A stretch of 64,000 nucleotides of DNA from Chloroflexota bacterium (GTDB lineage: Bacteria > Chloroflexota > UBA11872). The position numbers and the translations under genes were made by a program. This document shows, piece by piece, positions 48,706 to 59,040 of this stretch; the first letter of the stretch is position 1, and every line of letters starts with the position of its first letter. The notes beneath the pieces are model-generated. The model saw nothing but the letters and a program-made list of their open reading frames with translations, was not told where the DNA came from and ran no database searches. The stretch is taken from NCBI GenBank assembly GCA_022825895.1, contig JAJDVX010000041.1:6944-70943 (forward strand). Reading direction: 5' to 3'.

Positions 48706-49455
48706 ATGGGTCGCAAGGTTCATCCCATCGGGTATCGCCTGGGTTACACCACCCGCTGGGAGAGCACGTGGTACGCCGATCGAGATTACACCGAACTGTT
48801 GCTGGAAGACCTGGCCATTCGGAATCTCGTGCGTCAATACCTTGAAGCGCCCAATGGACGTGACGGCGCTCGACGCGGCGGCCGCCGGCGCGGCAGTTAC
48901 GGGGCCGGGGTTTCGAAGATTGAGATCGAGCGCCAAGTCAGCCAGGTTCGCGTGGTTATCCATACGGCGCGGCCCGGCATTGTGATCGGGCGTGGTGGAA
49001 GTAACCGGGAGGAAATCCAGAACCGCATTGAACGGCACACCGGCAAGCGCGTGGTCGTGGATGTTGAAGAGATTGGTCAGCCTGAGCTTGACGCGTTTCT
49101 TGTGGTTCGAAACGTGGCCGACCAACTGGAGCGCCGCGTTTCCTTCCGTCGCGCGATCAAGATGACGGCGGAACGGACCATGCGCGCCGGCGCACAAGGC
49201 GTGAAGATCATGGTGAGCGGCCGCCTGGGCGGGCGTGAAATGTCGCGAAGCGAGTTCGAATTGCTTGGCACCGTTCCGCTTCAGACGCTCGACGCCGACA
49301 TCGATTACGGCTTCACGGAAGCGCGCACAGCCGCCGGCCGCATCGGTGTGAAGGGATGGGTTCACCGCGGCGCCGCTCGTGACGCGGCCGAGCTGCTCTC
49401 GGAGTCGGTATCGCGACCGTCCGCGGGCCGTCGTCGCCGGCCACCGCGAGGCTGA
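48706..49455 (+). CDS. rpsC: 30S ribosomal protein S3
   Basis: [36 protein letters not shown]. Confidence 0.98.
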   Translation: MGRKVHPIGYRLGYTTRWESTWYADRDYTELLLEDLAIRNLVRQYLEAPNGRDGARRGGRRRGSYGAGVSKIEIERQVSQVRVVIHTARPGIVIGRGGSNREEIQNRIERHTGKRVVVDVEEIGQPELDAFLVVRNVADQLERRVSFRRAIKMTAERTMRAGAQGVKIMVSGRLGGREMSRSEFELLGTVPLQTLDADIDYGFTEARTAAGRIGVKGWVHRGAARDAAELLSESVSRPSAGRRRRPPRG

Positions 49456-49457
49456 CC

Positions 49458-49883
49458 ATGTTGATGCCAAAGCGCACAAAGTTCCGCAAGATGCACCGGG
49501 GGCGTCGACGTGGCCGCGCCAGTCGTGGCAGCTCGCTCGTCTCGGGTGACTTTGGCCTGCAGGCCACGACCGTGGGATGGGTGGACAGCCGCGAAATCGA
49601 GGCGGCCCGACGCGCGATTACGCATTCGGTTCGGCGAACCGGCCAGCTTTGGATTCGAATATTTCCGGACAAGCCCATCACGCAGAAGCCGGCCGAGGTT
49701 CGAATGGGCAGTGGGAAGGGCAATGTGGAGAGTTGGGTAGCCGTGGTCAAGCCGGGTCGAATCCTCTTTGAGCTTGCCGGTGTTGAAGAAAGCATGGCGC
49801 GTGAGGCTATGCGCCTGGCATCACACAAGCTTTCGGTGCAGACGCGCGTGGTTTCGCGTTCCGCGGAGGTCGCCGTTGGCTAA
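49458..49883 (+). CDS. rplP: 50S ribosomal protein L16
   Basis: [27 protein letters not shown]. Confidence 0.99.
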   Translation: MLMPKRTKFRKMHRGRRRGRASRGSSLVSGDFGLQATTVGWVDSREIEAARRAITHSVRRTGQLWIRIFPDKPITQKPAEVRMGSGKGNVESWVAVVKPGRILFELAGVEESMAREAMRLASHKLSVQTRVVSRSAEVAVG

Positions 49884-50091
49884 GGCTGATCAGTTCCGGG
49901 ATCTGAGCGATGACGAGTTGGCCACGCGGATTACCGAGACGAAAGAGGAACTCTTCAGGCTGCGCGTTCAGCATGCAACGCTGCAATTGGCTGATACGTC
50001 GCAGTTGCGCCAGGTGCGGCGTGACATCGCGCGCATGCTGACCGTGCAGCGCGAGCGTGCGCTGGCGTCCTTCGAGATGGGGGAGGCGTAA
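49876..50091 (+). CDS. rpmC: 50S ribosomal protein L29
   Basis: TTG start after GGAGGT; KEELFRLR...[10 protein letters not shown]. Confidence 0.95.
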   Translation: MAKADQFRDLSDDELATRITETKEELFRLRVQHATLQLADTSQLRQVRRDIARMLTVQRERALASFEMGEA

Positions 50092-50094
50092 CCC

Positions 50095-50442
50095 GTGCCC
50101 GGAGCTCGTGCTCGCCGGGTCGGTCGCGTGGCTAGCGACCGGGCCGACAAGACAATCATCGTTGAGGTGGAATCGGTCCGCCGCCATCGACTCTATCGGA
50201 AGCCGGTACGTATTCGTCGCAAGTTCATGGCGCACGATCCCGGCAACATCTGCCGCATTGGCGATGTGGTGCAGATCGAGGAATCGCGTCCGATCAGCCG
50301 GCGGAAGCGCTGGCGTCTCGTCGAAGTCCTCGAGCGCACGCAGCTAACCGCCGAGGAACGCCAAGCGGCCTTTAGCGCCGGAGATACGGAAGCGGCGACG
50401 GTGGCGTCGTCCGGTGGGGCGGAGCGCGCGGAGCAGCAATGA
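50095..50442 (+). CDS. rpsQ: 30S ribosomal protein S17 (C-terminal extension)
   Basis: [23 protein letters not shown]. Confidence 0.97.
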   Translation: MPGARARRVGRVASDRADKTIIVEVESVRRHRLYRKPVRIRRKFMAHDPGNICRIGDVVQIEESRPISRRKRWRLVEVLERTQLTAEERQAAFSAGDTEAATVASSGGAERAEQQ

Positions 50443-50804
50443 TTCAGCAGCAGAGCCGACTCAGGGTCGCCGACAACAGCGGCGCGCGCGAGATCATGTG
50501 CATTCGCGTGTTGGGTGGCTCGTCTCGCAAGTACGCGCGCGTTGGGGACATCATTGTGGGCAGCGTGAAGCAAGCGGCGCCCAACAGCGCGGTTCCACGT
50601 GGATCTGTGGTGCACGCGGTGGTGGTGCGCGTGAACAAGGAGTATCGACGGCCGGACGGCTCGAGGATTCGCTTTGACGATAACGCTGCGGTTCTGCTTG
50701 AGGGCGACGTGCCGCGGGGCACACGAATCTTCGGTCCTGTCGGCCGTGAGCTGCGTGACCGCCGCTTCATGCGCATCGTTTCCCTGGCGCCGGAGGTGCT
50801 GTAG
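50439..50804 (+). CDS. rplN: 50S ribosomal protein L14
   Basis: [23 protein letters not shown]. Confidence 0.99.
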   Translation: MIQQQSRLRVADNSGAREIMCIRVLGGSSRKYARVGDIIVGSVKQAAPNSAVPRGSVVHAVVVRVNKEYRRPDGSRIRFDDNAAVLLEGDVPRGTRIFGPVGRELRDRRFMRIVSLAPEVL

Positions 50805-50806
50805 CG

Positions 50807-51136
50807 ATGTCTGAACGGCGCTTTCGCATTCGAAAAGGCGACACCATCCAGGTGCTGCAGGGCCGTGATGTCGGCCGACGCGGAGTGGTTGAGCGGGTGG
50901 TTCCAGCGACCGGTCGCGTTGTTGTTGAAGGTGTGAACATTCGCAAGCGACACGCCAGACCACGGGCGATCGGACAGCCGGCGGGTATCATTGACTTTAA
51001 CGCCCCGCTTGACGTCTCGAACGTCATGTTGGTGTGCCCCGTCTGTGACCAGCCGGCCCGGGTCGGATACAGGCTTGGCGATGATGGTGTGAAGCGGCGT
51101 CGCTGCCGCAAATGCAATGAACAGATTGACGAGTAA
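50807..51136 (+). CDS. rplX: 50S ribosomal protein L24
   Basis: KOW motif [26 protein letters not shown]...CRKC. Confidence 0.97.
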   Translation: MSERRFRIRKGDTIQVLQGRDVGRRGVVERVVPATGRVVVEGVNIRKRHARPRAIGQPAGIIDFNAPLDVSNVMLVCPVCDQPARVGYRLGDDGVKRRRCRKCNEQIDE

Positions 51137-51690
51137 TGTCCCGCCTGCTGACGCGCTATCGGGAGGAGATCCGGCCGCAGATGATGCGGGAGTTCGGCTA
51201 TTCCAACGCGCTGGCCGTTCCGCGCCTGGACCGAATCGTCGTGAACATCGGGCTGGGCGAGGCCCTGGAAAACGATGCCGCCGTGGATCACGCCGTCCGC
51301 GACATCGCCACGATTACGGGGCAACGTCCCGTGGTGACGCGAGCTCGCAAGAGTGTGGCGGCGTTCAAGCTGCGCGCCGGGCAGCGCGTGGGCGTGAAGG
51401 GGACCTTGCGGGGCACCCGCATGTATGAGTTCCTGGATCGCCTGGTCACCGTTGCTCTACCGCGAATGCGTGACTTTCGCGGGGTTCGACGTACGTCGTT
51501 TGACGGCCGTGGCAACTACTCGCTTGGCCTCTCCGAGCAGCTTATTTTTCCGGAGATCGACTACGACCAGATTGATCGAATTCGCGGATTGCAGGTCGTC
51601 ATCGTGACGACCGCCCCGCGTGACAGCGAGTCCCTGCGGCTGCTCGAACTTCTCGGCATGCCGTTCCAACGCCTCGACGAGGCAGCCTGA
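51136..51690 (+). CDS. rplE: 50S ribosomal protein L5
   Basis: [29 protein letters not shown]. Confidence 0.99.
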   Translation: MSRLLTRYREEIRPQMMREFGYSNALAVPRLDRIVVNIGLGEALENDAAVDHAVRDIATITGQRPVVTRARKSVAAFKLRAGQRVGVKGTLRGTRMYEFLDRLVTVALPRMRDFRGVRRTSFDGRGNYSLGLSEQLIFPEIDYDQIDRIRGLQVVIVTTAPRDSESLRLLELLGMPFQRLDEAA

Positions 51691-51699
51691 GGTTCGGTA

Positions 51700-51939
51700 A
51701 TGGCGCGAAAGGCAAAGATCGAGAAGTGGAGGCGCGAGCGCGAGGCCTGGCTCGACCCCGAGTTCGAGACCAAGTCTATTCGCGGGCGCAAGCTGCGCTT
51801 CAAAGTGCGGTATCGCAACCGTTGCCGACTTTGTGGCCGGCCGCGTGCGCACATCCGACGATTTGGCATATGCCGAATCTGCTTCCGCGAACTGGCCGTG
51901 AAGGGCCATATTCCGGGAGTGACGAAGGCGAGTTGGTGA
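51700..51939 (+). CDS. rpsN: 30S ribosomal protein S14, zinc-binding type with an N-terminal insertion
   Basis: NRCRLCGRP...ICRICFRE...GVTKASW. Confidence 0.97.
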   Translation: MARKAKIEKWRREREAWLDPEFETKSIRGRKLRFKVRYRNRCRLCGRPRAHIRRFGICRICFRELAVKGHIPGVTKASW

Positions 51940-51946
51940 GGCGAAG

Positions 51947-52336
51947 ATGACCGACCCCATTGCGGACATGCTTACTCGGCTGCGAAATGCCGTGGCGGCG
52001 CGTCACACCAAAGTCCGTATTCCTCACTCAAAGACCAAAGCCCGCATTGCCGCGCTCCTGGCGGACGAGGGATTTATCGGATCCATTGAAACGGTGCAGG
52101 ATGGCCATCGGGCATGGTTGGACGTGACCTTGCGCTACCTCAACGGCGAACCAGCCTTCGGGGGCGCCAAACGCGTCAGCCGCCCGGGACTGCGCATCCA
52201 TACGCGGTCGCGCGAGATTCCGCGAGTTATGGGCGGTATTGGAACCGCCGTTATCTCCACGTCGCAAGGCATCATGTCGGGCCGTGAGGCTGCCAAACGT
52301 CGCCTCGGCGGCGAAGTCATCTGTTTCGTCTGGTAA
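51947..52336 (+). CDS. rpsH: 30S ribosomal protein S8
   Basis: [28 protein letters not shown]. Confidence 0.98.
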   Translation: MTDPIADMLTRLRNAVAARHTKVRIPHSKTKARIAALLADEGFIGSIETVQDGHRAWLDVTLRYLNGEPAFGGAKRVSRPGLRIHTRSREIPRVMGGIGTAVISTSQGIMSGREAAKRRLGGEVICFVW

Positions 52337-52340
52337 TTCC

Positions 52341-52892
52341 ATGTCGCGGATTGGCTTAACTCCCATCAACGTGCCTGAAGGCGTGAGCGTCAGTTTCGAC
52401 GCGGACAACGTCGCGTCGGTGCGGGGTCCCAAGGGTGAGTTGACCCAAACCCTTCCCCGCCTGATCACCTTCGCTCGAGACAACGGGCGATTGCTGGCCA
52501 GCCGTCCGAACGACGACCACCGGACGCGAGCCTTGCACGGTCTGGCTCGCCAGTTGGTGGCCAACATGATCGTCGGCGTGACGCAGGGCTATGAGAAGCG
52601 TCTGGAGATCCAGGGGACCGGCTATCGAGCGCAGCTTCAGGGCAATACGCTTGACTTGCAGCTGGGATTCACGCACCCGCAGCGGCGCGTGGCTCCTGAG
52701 GGAATCGAGTTTGAAGTTCCCGACCCGACGCATATCGTTATTCGCGGGATCGACAAGCAGGCCGTTGGCCAGGCAGCGGCGGATCTTCGAGCCATTCGGC
52801 CGGCCGATCCCTACAAGGGGCATGGCCTGCGCTATCAGGGCGAAGTCGTTCGGCGAAAGCCCGGCAAGACTGCCGCGACCACCGTTGCATAG
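52341..52892 (+). CDS. rplF: 50S ribosomal protein L6
   Basis: MSRIG, GPKGEL, GIDKQAVGQ, PYKGHG; start set at ATG 52341. Confidence 0.97.
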   Translation: MSRIGLTPINVPEGVSVSFDADNVASVRGPKGELTQTLPRLITFARDNGRLLASRPNDDHRTRALHGLARQLVANMIVGVTQGYEKRLEIQGTGYRAQLQGNTLDLQLGFTHPQRRVAPEGIEFEVPDPTHIVIRGIDKQAVGQAAADLRAIRPADPYKGHGLRYQGEVVRRKPGKTAATTVA

Positions 52893-52904
52893 GTGACCTG
52901 ACTC

Positions 52905-53258
52905 ATGGCCCAGGGGACTCGACAATCAGCTCGCAAGCGGCGGCATCGCCGCATTCGGCAACGCGTGGTGGGGCGCGCGAAGCGTCCGCGACTCGCCGTG
53001 TTCCGCAGTCTCAAGCACACCTATGCGCAGGTGATTGACGACGCGGCCGGGCATACGCTGGTTGCCGCGTCGTCGCGTGAACGCGCCACGCAGGGATCCA
53101 CCAAGGTTCAGCGCGCGGCGGATGTCGGGGCGCGCCTGGCCGAGCGTGCGAAGGAGCTCCAAATCACGGCCGTCGTTTTTGACCGAGGCGGCCACCACTA
53201 CCACGGGCGTGTCAAGGCGTTGGCCGACGCCGTTCGCGCCGGGGGCATCGCAGTATGA
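52905..53258 (+). CDS. rplR: 50S ribosomal protein L18
   Basis: [25 protein letters not shown]. Confidence 0.98.
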   Translation: MAQGTRQSARKRRHRRIRQRVVGRAKRPRLAVFRSLKHTYAQVIDDAAGHTLVAASSRERATQGSTKVQRAADVGARLAERAKELQITAVVFDRGGHHYHGRVKALADAVRAGGIAV

Positions 53259-53800
53259 CGATTGACACGCGGCACGTTTCAGGCGGTCACGACGCGTCCG
53301 GCGAGGGAGGCGATTTGCATCGCCTGGACGATCGCGTTGTACGCATCAAGCGCGTGGCCAAGGTCGTGAAGGGTGGCCGCCGCTTTGGCTTCAATGCAAT
53401 CGTTGTTGTCGGCGACCGTCGCGGACACGTGGGCGTGGGCATCGGTCGGGCCAATGAGGTTGTCGCGGCAATTCGTAAAGGCCAGGAACGCGCGCGCCGG
53501 TCGCTCATCGCCGTCCCGCTGACCGACGACGGCTCGATTCCCCACTACGTGGAAGAGAGCTATCAAGCATCCAAGGTGGTGCTTCGTCCCGCCGGTCCTG
53601 GGACCGGAGTCATTGCCGGCGGCGCCGTTCGAGCCGTGCTTGAACTTGCCGGCGTTCGCAATCTGCTCACCAAGATCATCGGTTCAACAAACGCGGTCAA
53701 CGTGGTTCGAGCCACGGTGAACGGCCTGGCAAGTTTGCAGATACCCGAAGAATCGGTCGCACGTCGCAAGCAGGCGCTGGGGGCATCCACCGATGAGTGA
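53255..53800 (+). CDS. rpsE: 30S ribosomal protein S5
   Basis: [20 protein letters not shown]. Confidence 0.98.
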   Translation: MTIDTRHVSGGHDASGEGGDLHRLDDRVVRIKRVAKVVKGGRRFGFNAIVVVGDRRGHVGVGIGRANEVVAAIRKGQERARRSLIAVPLTDDGSIPHYVEESYQASKVVLRPAGPGTGVIAGGAVRAVLELAGVRNLLTKIIGSTNAVNVVRATVNGLASLQIPEESVARRKQALGASTDE

Positions 53801-53993
53801 ACTGCGTCTGCGCCAGGTGCGCAGCGCCATCGGCTCGCGGAACTCGCAGCGGCACACCCTGAGGGCCCTTGGCCTTGGTGCGATTGGGCGCCGGTCGTCG
53901 CGTCCGGATACGGCGGACGTCCGGGCCATGGTGAAGGTCGTTGGGCATCTCGTTGAGGTTGAATCGGTCCCGTCGCAAAGTGACGCCGTATGA
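53793..53993 (+). CDS. rpmD: 50S ribosomal protein L30
   Basis: [22 protein letters not shown]. Confidence 0.93.
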   Translation: MSELRLRQVRSAIGSRNSQRHTLRALGLGAIGRRSSRPDTADVRAMVKVVGHLVEVESVPSQSDAV

Positions 53994-54436
53994 AGCCGCA
54001 TCAGATCACGGCGGACGCGCCGCGTCGTAAGCGCCGTCGTCGCGTCGGTCGCGGCGAAGGCTCGGGCAGCGGAAAGACCGCGGGCCGCGGGACGTTGGGA
54101 CAGGGCGCCCGCAGCGGCAGCAACGCCTATCCCGGCTTTGAGGGCGGGCAGACGCGCCTGCTCATGCGCTTCCCAAGCCGCCGTGGCTTTACCAACCATC
54201 GGTTCAGGCGCGACTTCCAGCCAGTCAACGTGGGTGCGCTGAGCGTATTTCCCGAGGGGGCGGTGGTTGGTCCTGAGGAACTCAAGGCCCAGGGGCTGAT
54301 TGAGCCGGGCCTTTACAAGATTCTTGCCGGGGGAGACCTGGATCACGCATTGACGGTGCGGGCGCCAAAGTTCTCGGCGGCGGCCAAGGCGAAGATCGAA
54401 AGCGCCGGTGGCTCCGTCGAGGAGTTGAGCGAGTGA
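53990..54436 (+). CDS. rplO: 50S ribosomal protein L15
   Basis: [32 protein letters not shown]. Confidence 0.97.
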   Translation: MKPHQITADAPRRKRRRRVGRGEGSGSGKTAGRGTLGQGARSGSNAYPGFEGGQTRLLMRFPSRRGFTNHRFRRDFQPVNVGALSVFPEGAVVGPEELKAQGLIEPGLYKILAGGDLDHALTVRAPKFSAAAKAKIESAGGSVEELSE

Positions 54437-55713
54437 TCGAGACGGCCGTCGCGGCCTTCCAGCTTCCCGACGTTCGTCGCAAGATTCTTTTCACCATCGG
54501 CCTCCTGGTCGTGTTTCGGGCAGTCGCGCATATTCCCCTGCCCGGAGTCAACACGGAGTTGCTGGCCGATTTCTTTGCCGGCAACCAGTTGCTGGGCTTT
54601 ATGAACCTGCTCTCCGGTGGGGCGCTGGAAAATTTCTCGGTCGTCGCGTTGGGCGTCTATCCGTACGTGACGGCCAACATCGCTTCGACCGTCCTGGTTC
54701 CGCTGATTCCTCCGCTACAGGAACTCTCGCGGGAGGGCGAAGCCGGCCGCCGCAAGATCGCCCAGTGGACGCGCCTGGCCACCATCCCGTTCGCCATGTT
54801 GCAAGGATTTGGCCAGATCCAGATTCTGCGCTCCGCGCAGCAGGGACTCTTATCGCCGACGCTCGGCGCGTTTGACATTGTGGTCATGCTGATTGTGATG
54901 ACTGCGGGCACGATGTTTCTGCTCTGGATCGGCGAGCTGATCACGGAGAACGGCATCGGCAATGGCGTATCCATCATCATTTTCGCCGGCATCGTGGCCG
55001 GAGCTCCCGCCGCGCTCGGTCAGTCACTCTTCGCCGGCGAGAATATTGGCGGATTCGTTGCCGTCGTCATCATTGGTCTCATCATGATCGCGGCCATCGT
55101 ATTTGTGCAGGAAGCGCAGCGCCGAATCCCGGTTCATTACGCCAAGCGAATCCGGGGAACCCGCATGTATGGCGGGCAGAGCACGCACATCCCGCTCAAG
55201 GTCAATTCAGCGGGCATGATTCCACTGATCTTCGCGTTCTCGCTGATGCTGCTTCCGGCGACGGTGGCCAGCTATTTCGAAACGTCGCAGGTCTCGTGGC
55301 TGGCTAATGCCGCCGGAGCCATTGCAATTACCCTGAGCCCCAGCAACGCTATCTATTGGGTGTTTACCTTTCTGCTCGTCATCGTTTTCACCTACGTCTA
55401 TACCCTGGTCGTCTTTCAACAGCAAAACCTGGCCGAGAATCTGCAGAAAAATGGGGGGTTTATCCCAGGAATCCGTCCGGGCCGCCCGACACACCAGTAC
55501 CTGACCGGGGTGGTGAATCGGATCACCCTGGCGGGCGCTGTGTTCCTGGGCATCATCGCGGTCGTGCCATTCGTCGCGCAGTCGGTGACGGGCGCGGACG
55601 CGGTAGCCATCAGTAGCACGGGAATGCTGATCGTCGTGGGCGTGGTTCTGGACACCATGCGCCAGCTTGAGTCCCAGTTGATGATGCGCAACTACGAAGG
55701 GTTCATTCGGTAG
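54433..55713 (+). CDS. secY: Preprotein translocase SecY
   Basis: LGVYPY, GIGNGVSIIIF, IPGIRPG; about 10 TMs. Confidence 0.99.
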   Translation: MIETAVAAFQLPDVRRKILFTIGLLVVFRAVAHIPLPGVNTELLADFFAGNQLLGFMNLLSGGALENFSVVALGVYPYVTANIASTVLVPLIPPLQELSREGEAGRRKIAQWTRLATIPFAMLQGFGQIQILRSAQQGLLSPTLGAFDIVVMLIVMTAGTMFLLWIGELITENGIGNGVSIIIFAGIVAGAPAALGQSLFAGENIGGFVAVVIIGLIMIAAIVFVQEAQRRIPVHYAKRIRGTRMYGGQSTHIPLKVNSAGMIPLIFAFSLMLLPATVASYFETSQVSWLANAAGAIAITLSPSNAIYWVFTFLLVIVFTYVYTLVVFQQQNLAENLQKNGGFIPGIRPGRPTHQYLTGVVNRITLAGAVFLGIIAVVPFVAQSVTGADAVAISSTGMLIVVGVVLDTMRQLESQLMMRNYEGFIR

Positions 55714-55717
55714 GCGA

Positions 55718-56290
55718 ATGGGTGAGCGTCCCGTGATTGTGGTACTTCTTGGCCCGCCGGGTGCGGGCAAGGGCACGCAGGGTGAGCGGCTGGTCCGCCG
55801 CATTGCGGTGGATCACGTATCCACCGGTGATCTCTTTCGCGATGCGGTCACGACCGGATCGCCCGCCGGCCTGCGTGCCGAGTCGTACCTGCACAGCGGC
55901 CAACTCGTTCCGGACCAGGTCGTCCTGCAGGTCATCGAGGAGTATCTGGGCGTCGCTCGCGGACGAGACACTTGCTTTGACGGTTTTCCGCGTACGCGCA
56001 ACCAGGCGGAAAAGCTGGACGATCTCCTCAAGCAATTCAATCTCGCGGTCACGGCTGTCATCTATATCAACGTGCCCGACGATGTGGCCCTCACGCGTCT
56101 GCTGTCCCGCGGCCGGGAGGATGACACCGAAGAAACGGCACGCTATCGACTCCAGGTGTATCACGAGGACACCGCGCCGCTCATTGACTATTACCGTGAC
56201 GCGGGCGTTCTCATTGAGGTGGACGGGTCCGGCGGCGTGGAGCCCGTCGCACAGCGCGTGTGGACGGCGCTGAAGAACGCTATTCGATGA
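55718..56290 (+). CDS. adk: Adenylate kinase (short-LID form)
   Basis: GPPGAGKGTQ, STGDLFR, DGFPR, RGREDD. Confidence 0.97.
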   Translation: MGERPVIVVLLGPPGAGKGTQGERLVRRIAVDHVSTGDLFRDAVTTGSPAGLRAESYLHSGQLVPDQVVLQVIEEYLGVARGRDTCFDGFPRTRNQAEKLDDLLKQFNLAVTAVIYINVPDDVALTRLLSRGREDDTEETARYRLQVYHEDTAPLIDYYRDAGVLIEVDGSGGVEPVAQRVWTALKNAIR

Positions 56291-57069
56291 TGTCCGGTTC
56301 AATCAGACCGAAGACGGCTGAAGAAATCGAGGCCATGGGGGCCTCGGGTCGCGTGTTGGCGGGTGCACTCAACGCGATTGAGGCGGCCGTGGAGCCGGGC
56401 GTGACGACGGGAGCGCTCAACGAGATCGCCGAGACGTACATCCGCGATCACGGCGGCATTCCCTCGTTCCTTGGCGTGCCCGCGGCCGACCCGGGCATCG
56501 AGCCGTTTCCCGGGGCGATCTGCGCGTCGGTCAACGACGCCATTGTGCACGGGATTCCGGGTAGCGCCGTCTTGCGGGAAGGCGATATCATAGGGCTGGA
56601 CTGTGGAGTGATTCTTGACGGCTGGCACTCCGATTCAGCGCGTACGCTCGCGGTAGGCGAGATTAGCCCTGACGCGAGCCGCCTGCTTGATGTAACTCGC
56701 GCCGCCCTGGCTGAAGCTATTGGCGCATCCGTCGCGGGCGGTCACATTGGCGATATTGGGGCAGCTGTGCAAAAGCTGGTGGAGGAGGCCGGGCTCACGA
56801 TCGTGAGGCGTTTCGTAGGACACGGGATCGGAAGGACCATGCATGAGTCGCCACAAGTGCCGAACTTCGGTCGGCCCGGCGGCGGTCCCGCGCTGCTTCC
56901 GGGGACGACACTGGCTATTGAGCCAATGGTAAATATCGGTTCCGCTGGCGTGGTGTTTGACGACGATGGCTGGACGGCGCGAACCGATGATGGCGCCCTT
57001 TCAGCTCACTTCGAGCATACGGTGGCCATTACGGATGCCGGCCCGCGGATTCTGACGGAAGCGGCCTGA
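56287..57069 (+). CDS. map: Methionine aminopeptidase type I
   Basis: SVNDAIVHGIP, GHGIGRTMHE, AIEPM, SAHFEHT; ATGA overlap with adk. Confidence 0.97.
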   Translation: MMSGSIRPKTAEEIEAMGASGRVLAGALNAIEAAVEPGVTTGALNEIAETYIRDHGGIPSFLGVPAADPGIEPFPGAICASVNDAIVHGIPGSAVLREGDIIGLDCGVILDGWHSDSARTLAVGEISPDASRLLDVTRAALAEAIGASVAGGHIGDIGAAVQKLVEEAGLTIVRRFVGHGIGRTMHESPQVPNFGRPGGGPALLPGTTLAIEPMVNIGSAGVVFDDDGWTARTDDGALSAHFEHTVAITDAGPRILTEAA

Positions 57070-57077
57070 GGCTCTTG

Positions 57078-57422
57078 ATGGCATCGCCAAGAGATCGAAC
57101 AAACGACACGCCGACCCCAGCCGATGAGTCGTCAAGTAAGACGCCGGTCATTGAGATTGAGGGCGAGGTTGTCGACTCGTTGCCAAACACGATGTTTCTG
57201 GTCAAACCTATCGGGCCGAACGGACAACCGCTGCGCATTCAGACCGGGGACGACGCCGAAGAAGAGCCCAAGGCTATCCTTGCTCACTTGGCCGGCAAGA
57301 TGAGGCTGCGCTTCATTCGGGTCGGCGTGGGCGACCGCGTGCGGATGCAACTCTCGCCCTACGATCTTTCGCGCGGACGAATCACGTGGCGGCTCCGCGC
57401 CGACCAGCGAGTGGAGCGTTAG
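57078..57422 (+). CDS. infA: Translation initiation factor IF-1 (extended)
   Basis: [35 protein letters not shown]. Confidence 0.95.
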   Translation: MASPRDRTNDTPTPADESSSKTPVIEIEGEVVDSLPNTMFLVKPIGPNGQPLRIQTGDDAEEEPKAILAHLAGKMRLRFIRVGVGDRVRMQLSPYDLSRGRITWRLRADQRVER

Positions 57423-57427
57423 GGATC

Positions 57428-57541
57428 GTGCGAGTCTCGGCATCCGTCAAACCACGATGCGACCGCTGTCGCGTGATTCGGCGACGTGGACGCGTGATGG
57501 TCATTTGCTCCAACCCGAAACACAAGCAGCGGCAAGGCTGA
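57428..57541 (+). CDS. rpmJ: 50S ribosomal protein L36 (not in the ORF track)
   Basis: Translated by hand: [37 protein letters not shown]. Confidence 0.97.
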   Translation: MRVSASVKPRCDRCRVIRRRGRVMVICSNPKHKQRQG

Positions 57542-57554
57542 GGACGGGGGATTC

Positions 57555-57935
57555 ATGGCTCGAATTGCCGGCGTAGACATTCCGCGACATAAGCCCGTCG
57601 CAATTGCGCTGACCCACATCTACGGGATCGGGCGCACAACCAGCGCCGAGATCGTGCGCCAGGCCGAGATCAATCCACAGACGCGCGTCAATGACTTGAC
57701 CGAGGCCGAGTTGGGTCGAATCCGGGCACTGATCGGTCGTGAGCGCGTTGAAGGCGATCTTCGACGCGTGGTGCAGACCAGCATTGCTCGCTTGCGCGAG
57801 ATAGGTTCCTACCGGGGTCTACGGCATCGGATCGGCCTTCCGACGCGCGGACAGCGGACGCGAACAAACGCCCGTACCCGCAAGGGGCCGCGCCGGACCG
57901 TGGGCATTCGTAAGCGCGTGATCAAGCGAGGCTAG
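57555..57935 (+). CDS. rpsM: 30S ribosomal protein S13
   Basis: [30 protein letters not shown]. Confidence 0.99.
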   Translation: MARIAGVDIPRHKPVAIALTHIYGIGRTTSAEIVRQAEINPQTRVNDLTEAELGRIRALIGRERVEGDLRRVVQTSIARLREIGSYRGLRHRIGLPTRGQRTRTNARTRKGPRRTVGIRKRVIKRG

Positions 57936-57939
57936 ATTG

Positions 57940-58329
57940 ATGGCGGAACGTTCAAGTCGATCGCGACGACGAAATCGCGCGCCCGTACCGCGAGGGGCCG
58001 CGCACATTCACGCCTCGTTCAACAACACCATCATCACGATTACCGACCCGATGGGCGACACCGTAGCTTCCGCGAGCGGGGGCACGATCGGCGCGCGCGG
58101 ATCACGCAAGAGCACGCCGTTCGCGGCGCAGCAGGCGGCCGAGCAGGCCGCCCAGCGCGCCATGGATGCCGGAATGCGCGATATCAACGTATTCGTCAAG
58201 GGTCCCGGATCTGGCCGCGATGCCGCCGTACGCGCGCTGCAAGCGGTGGGACTCAACGTGTCAAGCATCTCAGACGTCACCCCGATTCCTCACAACGGCC
58301 CGCGGCCGCCGAAGCGTCGGCGCGTGTAG
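57940..58329 (+). CDS. rpsK: 30S ribosomal protein S11
   Basis: [24 protein letters not shown]. Confidence 0.99.
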   Translation: MAERSSRSRRRNRAPVPRGAAHIHASFNNTIITITDPMGDTVASASGGTIGARGSRKSTPFAAQQAAEQAAQRAMDAGMRDINVFVKGPGSGRDAAVRALQAVGLNVSSISDVTPIPHNGPRPPKRRRV

Positions 58330-58359
58330 GCCCGAATAAAACCAGGGAGTCAATCTCGG

Positions 58360-58992
58360 ATGGCCCGATACACCGGACCCGTGTGCCGCCTCTGCCGGAG
58401 GGAAGGGGAGAAGCTCTTCCTCAAGGGCGACCGCTGTCACACGCCGAAATGCGCCATTGAGCGGCGCGGAGATCGCGGCGGGCCGGGCGCCCGCGGCTTC
58501 AGCCGGCGACGACCGACGGAGTACGCCATTCAACTCCGGGAGAAGCAGAAGGCTCGACGAATCTACGGCGTTCTTGAGCGCCAGTTTCGTCGGCACTATC
58601 GCATGGCGGGCAAGCAGAGTGGTCCTCGCGGCGAGCGATTGCTGCAAATCCTGGAGCTTCGTGCGGACAGTGTTGTCTACCGGATGGGCTTCGGACTCAG
58701 CCGTGCCCATGCGCGTCAACTGATCCAGCATGGCCACATTGAACTGAATAACCGCAAACACGATATTCCGTCAGCCGTTCTGCGTGTCGGCGACCGGGTG
58801 CGGCTACGCCAAAAGAGCCGGAACATAGATTCCGTCAAAAACGCAATGGACCGCGCGGAGGCCTTGGGCCGACCGGCGTGGCTTTCGGTGGATCTCGAGG
58901 CATTCGAGGGCACCATCAACGCGATCCCCGATCGCAATCAGATCGATGCGACACTCAACGAGCAACTGATCGTGGAGTTCTACTCGCGCTAA
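58360..58992 (+). CDS. rpsD: 30S ribosomal protein S4 (zinc-binding type)
   Basis: CRLCRREG...C..PKC, QLREKQK, IVEFYSR. Confidence 0.99.
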   Translation: MARYTGPVCRLCRREGEKLFLKGDRCHTPKCAIERRGDRGGPGARGFSRRRPTEYAIQLREKQKARRIYGVLERQFRRHYRMAGKQSGPRGERLLQILELRADSVVYRMGFGLSRAHARQLIQHGHIELNNRKHDIPSAVLRVGDRVRLRQKSRNIDSVKNAMDRAEALGRPAWLSVDLEAFEGTINAIPDRNQIDATLNEQLIVEFYSR

Positions 58993-59040
58993 ATCGTGCG
59001 CGGGAGTCCGACGTATCGGACAGGAAGGTAAGGACCAGCG

